A stretch of DNA of 23,037 bases from an uncultured archaeon. GTDB lineage: Archaea > Asgardarchaeota > Thorarchaeia > Thorarchaeales > Thorarchaeaceae. The stretch is taken from the NCBI GenBank assembly GCA_964610875.1, contig CAZSWP010000050.1, positions 1 through 23,037 of the forward strand, given 5' to 3'. Made by a program: the position numbers and the translations under genes. The notes below the pieces were generated by a model that did no database searches, was not told the DNA's origin, and was given only the letters and a program-made list of their open reading frames with translations. Of the stretch, positions 7,235-14,870 are shown piece after piece (positions within the stretch are counted from its first letter, which is position 1; the number at the start of each line of letters is the position of its first letter).

Positions 7235-8824
7235 ATGATTGAAGTGTCAAAAAGTCCCATTATTCCTGAATTTGCTATGTATGAAGATGGACTCGAGAAG
7301 TCAGAGATTGATGAGCTTCAGAGTAGATTCAGTTCAGGACATCGTATTTCAAAAGACCCTTTTAGACACTTTACCGATATTCTTACCGACTATATTGGAA
7401 GTGGTGAATGGAAAAATCATAGCAATTCATTCTTAGCTATGTGTGCAAAAGCATCATTTCTAAGAGGTCTTTATGGCTACAATCAAATCATCGCAAAAGG
7501 TTGCAAGTTTGTTACATGTAAAGGCTATGCAGCCGCAGCCTACTGTAAACAGAGTCTTGATCCACGATGGTTGAACAATCTTCGTAACTACATCAATCAA
7601 GCATGGCAACAGAAGGACTACATTGGTTTTGCAGAGCTTTCTGGACAACTTGCGAAAGTCTTAGCAGAATTGGGATATACAGAACATGCAAGAGAAACTG
7701 CACAAGAGAGCATTGATAAAGTAACAAAAATCACTGCTAAGGATGAGCGCATCCGAACAAAAGTACAGGCTGCTTTACTCCGTTCAAGAATCATCATGGC
7801 ATACATTGATACAACTGCAGGCCAGCGAGATGAAGCATTTGTTCGACTAGACCATGCTGAAGAAACAGCTCAACATCTTAATCATGAGTTGGCATTGGCA
7901 GATATCCAATATTACAGAGCTGTTGCACTGGAAGAGGCACAGGAGTACGATCGGTCATTCAATTTAGTTACTTCTGCCCTTAGAAAATATGTACAGATGG
8001 GATATCTTGAAGGTGTAGCTAATGCAAGAAATATCAAGGGTCTCATCTTTATGGACAAAGGACAAGCACAAGATGCTAGAGATGAATTCGAAGAATTGCT
8101 TGTAATCCAACAACAACTGCATAACCAAGTTGGTTTAGCTAAATCACTCATCAATGTGGGAGAGATTGATAGAATATTGGGACAAATTGACCAGATGGAA
8201 ACTTATAATCTCCGTGCGTTGGAAATAAGTCAAGAAGCTGAATATATGCGAGGAATAGCCGTTTCAAAAGTGAATCTAGGTGATGTAGCAGTCAGACGTG
8301 GTGATATCAATACAGCAATCTCATACTACCAAGAGAGTAAAGAATTGGCAGAATGTTCAGGGATGAAAGATTTACTACAGCTAATAATATTTCTTGAAGC
8401 CGATGCTGAGTTCTTACTGAACGACTATGACCGAGCAATTGAACTATATCGCAAAGCTGCTGTATTTGGCAAAGAATCAGCATATCCTATTTCATCATTC
8501 TTGGGGACTATCAGCGAGCTTGTCACAGATTGGACCGCCATGAAAAAACCTAGAGATGAAGTCCTTGAAGAAGTGAAACAGGCTTTTGTTAACAAAGAGC
8601 AATGGCTCGAATCAAATAATGCAAATCTTATGCGCGATGCAAGGCAGAAAATCGCAGATGATCCTACTATAGAGAGTGATCATTGTATTTTCTATGATAG
8701 AGAAAAAAACTTTGATTGCAGAGTTGACAGAAGCAGTTTGGTGAAAGAATGTACAGCAAATTTATTTTGGAAAGGCGGGTTATGCCCCTATTTCATACAG
8801 TTTATGACACGCTTATACGATTAG
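7235..8824 (+). CDS. TPR-repeat protein with C-terminal four-cysteine motif
   Basis: About 40-aa TPR_12/MalT-like repeats (GVANARNIKGLI, GLAKSLINVGEI, GIAVSKVNLGDV) and a C-x10-C-x10-C-x10-C tail; start uncertain (7229, 7235 or 7244). Confidence 0.85.
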   Translation: MIEVSKSPIIPEFAMYEDGLEKSEIDELQSRFSSGHRISKDPFRHFTDILTDYIGSGEWKNHSNSFLAMCAKASFLRGLYGYNQIIAKGCKFVTCKGYAAAAYCKQSLDPRWLNNLRNYINQAWQQKDYIGFAELSGQLAKVLAELGYTEHARETAQESIDKVTKITAKDERIRTKVQAALLRSRIIMAYIDTTAGQRDEAFVRLDHAEETAQHLNHELALADIQYYRAVALEEAQEYDRSFNLVTSALRKYVQMGYLEGVANARNIKGLIFMDKGQAQDARDEFEELLVIQQQLHNQVGLAKSLINVGEIDRILGQIDQMETYNLRALEISQEAEYMRGIAVSKVNLGDVAVRRGDINTAISYYQESKELAECSGMKDLLQLIIFLEADAEFLLNDYDRAIELYRKAAVFGKESAYPISSFLGTISELVTDWTAMKKPRDEVLEEVKQAFVNKEQWLESNNANLMRDARQKIADDPTIESDHCIFYDREKNFDCRVDRSSLVKECTANLFWKGGLCPYFIQFMTRLYD

Positions 8825-8885
8825 CTTGCCACACTTAGTTATATATGCCATTAGATGATTGATATCATATAGGGGCCTTGATGAA

Positions 8886-10271
8886 ATGCGAAATATTGGT
8901 GCAGTTCCTCCAGACCTACTGAACGTAATGACACTTGATAATGGATATGTTCTAACAATAGTCGGGCGTCCAGGTACTGGTAAGTCTCTGTTGTTGCAAG
9001 AGATGTTCAGAGATTGCAGGAATTCTATCATGATACTCTCCGATACTGAAAACTATGAAACAACATCAGATGTTCTTAGTAAGGATATAGTAGATTGGGA
9101 AAACCGTCACATCTTGACGCATCATTGGCGTGAAGTCAATCTAAGAGGTATTGAAACACTCAATTTAGAGGATCAACTAAAGAATCTCTGTGGATTCACG
9201 TCATATTCGTCTGATACTAAAGTTATTTTCATTGATTCTTGGAATGATTTTATTGCACCAGTACCAGTTGAAGAACAATATAGGGTTCAACAAGCACTGC
9301 TATACTCTATTAGAAGAGATAAGAAAAAACTTGTCCTAGTAAATGAAGTAGATTGGAGTGACAATGTCATTCATCCAATATTCTATGCAACGGATGGAAT
9401 TGTCATTCTTGAAAAGAATTCTGCTAATAATAGAATGTACCGGCAAGTGATTATCGAAAAACTCCGAGCTCGACAAATTGACCAGGATTCATTCCTTTTC
9501 ACCTTATGTGATGGCCGCTTTACCTATCTTCCATGGTATGAACACCAATATCCCGCCATAACTCTTGCACGTGATCCTATTCCTGACCCATCAGAAGATA
9601 GAATTTCAACTGGTAATGAAAGTCTAGACAACATGTTGGGAGGCGGATTCAAGATAGGTCATCTAAGTCTAATAGAAGTCCAAAATATGGCAGTCCCTTA
9701 CATGGAAACTATCTATATTCCATTCCTATCTAATCATCTTCAACTCGGTCGTCCAGCCGTTATTCTTCTCCCTGAAGGCTGGTCTGCTAATAGTTTTGCT
9801 TCTAGTCTTTCTCGTTTTATTGACTATGATGAGATTATGGAGCAGATTGTTTTCTTTGGTAGGCATGCGCTTGGCAATAAAGGGAACACCCGTGGATTAG
9901 ATATGGACCCTAATAAGATTCTACAAGAAATGCGATACGAAGCAAACGAATTGCAAAGGAAATCAAAAAGTGTTGTCACCGAGTTATTCGCTTTGGATAC
10001 ACTGGAGAATATGTATGGACCCAAAGTTGTGAAAGGTATGATTGCAGAAATCACTGCTGCTCTTCCAGGAACTGATCGAGCAACTGTTACGATATTGAGT
10101 CAGCATCAAGCATTACGAAGCGAATCGGTATCCTGTGATTCACATCTTAAAGTTGAACAGCTGAGTGGTGTTCTCAGTGTCTATGGTATCAATCCTCGTA
10201 CAGGATATCAAGCTCTTCGACCTATTCTATCAGAAGGATTTCTAGACTATAATCTGATTCCAATAGTTTAG
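8886..10271 (+). CDS. Two-domain KaiC-superfamily ATPase, GvpD-like (first P-loop intact, second domain lacks Walker A)
   Basis: GRPGTGKS, IFIDSW, TDGIVIL, RQVIIEKLRARQIDQDSFLFTLCDGRF (resembles the GvpD basic region); second repeat ISTGNESLDNMLGGGF without GxxxxGK; start at ATG 8886 or TTG 8859. Confidence 0.82.
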   Translation: MRNIGAVPPDLLNVMTLDNGYVLTIVGRPGTGKSLLLQEMFRDCRNSIMILSDTENYETTSDVLSKDIVDWENRHILTHHWREVNLRGIETLNLEDQLKNLCGFTSYSSDTKVIFIDSWNDFIAPVPVEEQYRVQQALLYSIRRDKKKLVLVNEVDWSDNVIHPIFYATDGIVILEKNSANNRMYRQVIIEKLRARQIDQDSFLFTLCDGRFTYLPWYEHQYPAITLARDPIPDPSEDRISTGNESLDNMLGGGFKIGHLSLIEVQNMAVPYMETIYIPFLSNHLQLGRPAVILLPEGWSANSFASSLSRFIDYDEIMEQIVFFGRHALGNKGNTRGLDMDPNKILQEMRYEANELQRKSKSVVTELFALDTLENMYGPKVVKGMIAEITAALPGTDRATVTILSQHQALRSESVSCDSHLKVEQLSGVLSVYGINPRTGYQALRPILSEGFLDYNLIPIV

Positions 10272-10438
10272 GAATATATTCACCAAGCATAAATTGAATA
10301 GTATCAATTCCAAGATAAATAATACCAGATGGAGTTTATCTACGAAAGATAAAGGTACAAAATGATTACCATGAATCCTGCAATTATCTTCCATCGAAAT
10401 GGATGATAACGGGACCTTTGCATATGCGCGGTGAAAAC

Positions 10439-10831
10439 ATGGATACTGTAAAACATAGAATACTTGTTGTTGATGATGAAGAAGTCACAACAGAATTAGC
10501 TAAGACATTCCTAGAAAGACATGGTTTTGAGGTAATCTGTGCACAAGATGGAGAAGAAGCTCTTAGTGTGGCATCTACTGAGAAACCAGATCTAATTCTT
10601 CTGGATGTCATGCTTCCAAAAATCGATGGGTTTGAAGTATGTCAACGTCTGAAGAATCAAAAACAATTTCAAAGTACTCCTATCCTAATGTTCACTGCAA
10701 AGGGCTTGAGTAAAGATATTGCGATGGGAGAGAAAGTAGGTGCTGATGAATATATAATCAAACCTTTTTCAGGTAAGGCGCTGGTTGCGACAATACGTAA
10801 ACATCTGGGAATTAGTGAAAACGAAGAGTGA
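10439..10831 (+). CDS. Stand-alone response regulator receiver (OmpR/PleD-type REC), intact site
   Basis: ILVVDDE, LILLDVMLPKIDG, MFTA, YIIKPF; GGTGA RBS before ATG 10439. Confidence 0.93.
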   Translation: MDTVKHRILVVDDEEVTTELAKTFLERHGFEVICAQDGEEALSVASTEKPDLILLDVMLPKIDGFEVCQRLKNQKQFQSTPILMFTAKGLSKDIAMGEKVGADEYIIKPFSGKALVATIRKHLGISENEE

Positions 10832-10835
10832 GGAG

Positions 10836-11519
10836 ATGGATGTAAGCACCGGAAATTCCGGTTCTCTAGACGGTAATATAATTGATAGTCTAATCTCCAA
10901 ACCTCCACAGGGCTATGTTTTTTTGGTAATGGCGTCTCAGGATAGCCATTTTGACCTATTCATGCTTACACTAGTACAGAAGGCTCTTGAATTGGGAATG
11001 ATGACCCTAGAGGTAATTACTGAAGCTAGAAATCGAAGTCTGATGACAGATATGTCAAGCATGCAAAATGAAATGTTTCAGATTCTTGAAGTGAATTATG
11101 GTCAAGAGTTGCTAGGAAAATACTCATGCTCGCCTCATCTACATGAAATCAACATCATGATGAGAGGTCTACGAAATAATCTTGGTCCACAAGTCATTAC
11201 ATTCGAAGCTCTTACTCCTCTCTTGATAGATTTTTCATCAAGAGATGTGGTGCAATTTTTCAAAGAGAGTGTTGAAGAGAGTATCAAAGCAGGTTCCAAG
11301 GAGTTCTATCTGATTCACTCCAATACTGCTGATGATGTTACAATAAACCAATTGTTCTCTCTTGCTCAAGGGATTATTACTCTATCAACAGCTCGTGGAA
11401 AGCATTATCTTACAATAAAAAAATCGACTGGAGTTGAATTACCATTTAATCCGATCGAGTACGTTCCAAAAATGAATAATTCCGATAGGATAAAATGGAC
11501 AATTGAGATGAATTGGTAA
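10836..11519 (+). CDS. Inactivated KaiC/RAD55-like ATPase-fold protein
   Basis: No Walker A (MASQDSHFD in its place); ITFEALTPLL at Walker B, FSLAQGIITL and YLTIKKSTG retain the RAD55 C-terminal pattern; GAGGAG RBS, 4 bp after the REC stop. Confidence 0.7.
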   Translation: MDVSTGNSGSLDGNIIDSLISKPPQGYVFLVMASQDSHFDLFMLTLVQKALELGMMTLEVITEARNRSLMTDMSSMQNEMFQILEVNYGQELLGKYSCSPHLHEINIMMRGLRNNLGPQVITFEALTPLLIDFSSRDVVQFFKESVEESIKAGSKEFYLIHSNTADDVTINQLFSLAQGIITLSTARGKHYLTIKKSTGVELPFNPIEYVPKMNNSDRIKWTIEMNW

Positions 11520-11658
11520 AACTGGCATTTGGCTACAAAGATATCTTTAGAATTGGTGTTTTATTCTCTTTTCATTCCAATACTCATCATTTGCTCAAAA
11601 TTCAATAAGCTAAAATAGATGAATAACAATAGACAATGAATAGTCAAGATTGAGGAGA

Positions 11659-13077
11659 ATGAAATTGCCAATTGATAAAGATAGCATAGACCTGCTATCA
11701 GATTTTGGTCTAACAAAATACATGGCAAAGTTGTATCTGACATCAGTGAAGATTGGTCTCGTAACGGTCAGTGAGCTTTCTAAGAAATCACGAGTACGAA
11801 GAGAAGAAGTGTATAGGACATTACCAAAACTGGAAAAAATTGGTCTCATTGAACGTGTATTGAGTAGACCTGCAAAGGTAAGGGCAATTCCATTTGAAGA
11901 CGGCATCTCCATATTAATGAAAAGAAAACAAAATGAAGCAAGAAAAAAGATTGTTCAATTGTCTGTGAAGAAAGAAGAGCTTCTTGAGAGAATAGTAGAT
12001 GATAGCGAATCAACTGAAAAATCAGATGATGATGCTGAATTTATTTTGGTAACGGAAAAAGCAGCTGCATCAAAACGGATGGAGAAACTAATTGAAGAAT
12101 CAGCAATAGTGATTGAGGTAGTAGATTCAATTCATAGCATAGTTAGATTTCTTCTAGCTTATGAGGAAGCAATATTGAAATCTCTAAAAAATGAAGTACA
12201 TGTACGGATTTTAACTGAAACTCCTCAAATAGAAGACACAATTCCTAGAATGTTAGCTAACTTTGTTCCAAAAGAGAATCTTTCGATAAGATATGTAGAT
12301 GACATTCCAGGAAGATATATTCTATTTGACCGTGTGAAAGTCATGTTAGCTACTTCAGCAAAAGATGGTTTTACTGACAGTTCTTTTCTTTTGAGTCAAG
12401 ATGCTAATCTTGTTTCCCTAATCCGGAGGGACTTTGAAGAGCAATTTCGTAGATCTATCGATTGGAAATCGTATCATTCAAAAGACAAAGGAACCCTAGG
12501 TATAAGTCTGAAGCATATTCGACCTAGAGATCATATAGTTCTTTTTTATGATACAATTGAACTCAAGCACGAAGTATTATTCAGCTACATACAGGATGCA
12601 ATCCAACAAGGCGAGGCCGCAATTTATGTTTGTTCAGAAGAGAAACCTAAACAAATCGAAGCGGCAATGAAATCTTTTGGTATAGATGTTCAAGAAAATA
12701 AGGCGTCAGGCGCTCTGCAGATTCTATACTATACGGATATGTATATTGTTGATGGAGAATTCAGTATAGATGAAGTCATGGAAAAGTGGGAACATCATAA
12801 CACTGAAGCTCGAGCATTAGGTTTCAAAGGATTACGGGTCACAGGAGAGATGAATTGCTTCTTCAAACATAATCTCACATCGGAATTGATGGAATATGAA
12901 AAGGCTTTACATACAATTTTAGATATTCCCATTACCGCCATCTGTGCGTATAGTACAGATACTCTTGAGAAGATTGAGAAACCGATCGGCATATACTCCG
13001 AACTAGTCAAAGCTCATGGTAAAGTGCTTTTTGCAACTTCTGACCAACCTATTGGACGTATTGAAGTCCGCATATAG
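11659..13077 (+). CDS. TrmB-family transcriptional regulator fused to a C-terminal MEDS (DcmR-type sensory) domain
   Basis: N-terminal FGLTKYMAKLY...ELSKKSRVRREEVYRTLPKLEKIGLI (TrmB wHTH); middle VHVRILT...RYILFD TrmB effector-like domain; C-terminal DHIVLFY...GALQIL...GLRVTGEM...EYE...AICAY (MEDS). Confidence 0.85.
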   Translation: MKLPIDKDSIDLLSDFGLTKYMAKLYLTSVKIGLVTVSELSKKSRVRREEVYRTLPKLEKIGLIERVLSRPAKVRAIPFEDGISILMKRKQNEARKKIVQLSVKKEELLERIVDDSESTEKSDDDAEFILVTEKAAASKRMEKLIEESAIVIEVVDSIHSIVRFLLAYEEAILKSLKNEVHVRILTETPQIEDTIPRMLANFVPKENLSIRYVDDIPGRYILFDRVKVMLATSAKDGFTDSSFLLSQDANLVSLIRRDFEEQFRRSIDWKSYHSKDKGTLGISLKHIRPRDHIVLFYDTIELKHEVLFSYIQDAIQQGEAAIYVCSEEKPKQIEAAMKSFGIDVQENKASGALQILYYTDMYIVDGEFSIDEVMEKWEHHNTEARALGFKGLRVTGEMNCFFKHNLTSELMEYEKALHTILDIPITAICAYSTDTLEKIEKPIGIYSELVKAHGKVLFATSDQPIGRIEVRI

Positions 13078-13078
13078 A

Positions 13079-13324
13079 CTAGTTCGGAATGTAGATCCAT
13101 TGCCGCATATCTAAAAGACAAGGAATTCTTCTGATTAACTTCTTTGATAGGAGACGTCTAAGTGCATATCTCACAGTACGCGGTGCAAAAGCCACTTGGT
13201 CCATCAATTCTTTTGGAGTAACTCCATCCTTTCCGCTCTCTCTTAGAATTGCAAGAACTTTCTTCTGGCTTTTGGTCAGCCTATGATTGCGAAGTTCAAT
13301 TTCCAACTCATTATCACTCATCAT
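13079..13324 (-). CDS. Small archaeal winged-helix (MarR-like) DNA-binding protein
   Basis: LTKSQKKVLAIL...TPKEL...APRTVRYALRRL...DMRQWIY; GGAGG RBS. Confidence 0.85.
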   Translation of the reverse strand: MMSDNELEIELRNHRLTKSQKKVLAILRESGKDGVTPKELMDQVAFAPRTVRYALRRLLSKKLIRRIPCLLDMRQWIYIPN

Positions 13325-13418
13325 ATTTGGTTCCTCCAGCGGATACAGATTACACTATATAATTTAGATAACTTAAGCATGTGTTACTGTGTTGACGCAG
13401 CTACAAGTTTTAACGAAA

Positions 13419-14120
13419 CTAACGGTTTTTTTCAACACTAACATCTTTAGTTTTTTCTTCATTTTCTTTGCGATCTTTGAACATATCTTCAAATACTGAA
13501 AGTACAACTTTGAGAGGGTCTGGACTTTCGTCCTTATCATCCTTTAAATCAGACTTTACCGGGTTTATCAATGACCTTACATATTGGCAACTTTCATTAT
13601 CCCAATCACGTTCTTCCATAATTTCTTCTATGCGTTTGATAATATGGCCACGAAGATTAGCAAATCTTAACCGTTCATTATCTAGTTCAGAAAGCTTCCT
13701 ATTGACCAATCTTAATTGTTTCAATAATGATCGAACAGCTTTTTCATCTGGTGATAACTGAGATACCGAAAAACCTTGAGGAATAGTTAATGTTCCCGTT
13801 GGACCGGTACGAGTGATCCTAACAACAAATGAGTTTGGAAGAATTGTTGTCGAGAGTCCAAATGAAACATTTAATTTGTAATAGGTTCTATCGGGGCCCA
13901 AATCACTCTCTGTTACTTCTTTAGAAACTAATCCTACTTCATGTAACGATTCCAAGTGTTTTATAATTACTCTAGAAGAATATCCGAGTAATTTTGCTAT
14001 CTCATATGGATATCTTGGGTTTCGAGCTAAAAGGCGTAGAATCTCTCTTCTTGTGCTATGACCTAATGCACGAAACAACCTGTCAAGATCATCTGGGTTT
14101 CTGCGCCCATCCTTACTCAT
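13419..14120 (-). CDS. ArsR/SmtB-family HTH regulator with coiled-coil extension (COG1777-like)
   Basis: LFRALGHSTRREILRLL...EIAKLLG...IIKHLESLHEVGLV...GPDRTYY, then heptad helix LLKQLRLVNRKLSELDNERLR. Confidence 0.88.
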   Translation of the reverse strand: MSKDGRRNPDDLDRLFRALGHSTRREILRLLARNPRYPYEIAKLLGYSSRVIIKHLESLHEVGLVSKEVTESDLGPDRTYYKLNVSFGLSTTILPNSFVVRITRTGPTGTLTIPQGFSVSQLSPDEKAVRSLLKQLRLVNRKLSELDNERLRFANLRGHIIKRIEEIMEERDWDNESCQYVRSLINPVKSDLKDDKDESPDPLKVVLSVFEDMFKDRKENEEKTKDVSVEKNR

Positions 14121-14164
14121 TATCTAATGGCTCCCAAATACCTCTTGGATTCTTAATGAATTTA

Positions 14165-14311
14165 TTAGAGGTAATCGATTCTCTGCCAGATTCCATATAG
14201 AAACTGTAGCCATTCGACATATAGAATGTCATCCTTCAGCAGTCCCAATCCAGTATCATCATCTACTGTGTTTTCTTCGTATTGAATATCATCATATCGT
14301 AAGTTATGCAT
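14165..14311 (-). CDS. Unannotated 48-aa acidic small protein
   Basis: Hand translation MHNLRYDDIQYEENTVDDDTGLGLLKDDILYVEWLQFLYGIWQRIDYL*; GAGTGA RBS-like site 6 nt upstream; fills the gap directly upstream of the ArsR gene on the same strand. Confidence 0.6.
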   Translation of the reverse strand: MHNLRYDDIQYEENTVDDDTGLGLLKDDILYVEWLQFLYGIWQRIDYL

Positions 14312-14404
14312 GGTAAATCACTCGCTTTTCAGTTAATCTAAGGACCTTTTGTTCACTAGTGAAGTACCATTTTGCCAATATAAGCTTTGAGAGAGGTGCA
14401 GATT

Positions 14405-14746
14405 TCAGGTGCGTTTTATTTTTGGTCCATCTGGTTTAAGTGCCTTATCAACTACTGTTACTCGTGATTGATTTTCAGATTGAGTTCTCTCTGTTCTAAA
14501 TCTCTGCAGAAGTGTATCACCTTTCTCATATATGGGACCTGAACCGGTGATGTAACCACTTGCTACACCTTCTTTCGAACTGATATTGGGTCGTGATGCT
14601 ACCATCAATAGATGTCGCAAGAAATCAATATCAGTTACCTTACTGCCTACTTTTCGTTGATATCTGGATTTCTCCTCTTCCCAAGTTAGAATATCATGTT
14701 CAGTTAAACCTTTGAACAACTTATTTTTTGAACCCTTAACAGTCAT
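14405..14746 (-). CDS. Hypothetical protein, possible ribbon-helix-helix-like N-terminus
   Basis: Start moved to ATG 14746 after GGTGAG; strand-helix-helix pattern KLFKGLTEHDILTWEEEK...TDIDFLRHLL. Confidence 0.6.
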   Translation of the reverse strand: MTVKGSKNKLFKGLTEHDILTWEEEKSRYQRKVGSKVTDIDFLRHLLMVASRPNISSKEGVASGYITGSGPIYEKGDTLLQRFRTERTQSENQSRVTVVDKALKPDGPKIKRT

Positions 14747-14870
14747 CTCTCTCACCAATCTAATGGTAAACTTGTTAACCATTCTAAGCACTAATGTCCT
14801 ATAATATGGAGTATCACACCAGTGTTACTTGATGTGAGGAAAGAGCTAAGAATATTCTCAAATTCAGTTG

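Noticed and set aside
6329-10271. Canonical kaiABC circadian clock or archaellum FlaH locus
   Set aside because: No kaiA/kaiB, no Ser-Thr phospho-site pair, second ATPase domain lacks Walker A, and no archaellum or pilus genes nearby
10326-10381. Fluoride-riboswitch-like words (GATGGAGTT...ATGAATCCTGC)
   Set aside because: P1 and pseudoknot pairings do not form properly and the downstream gene is not fluoride-related
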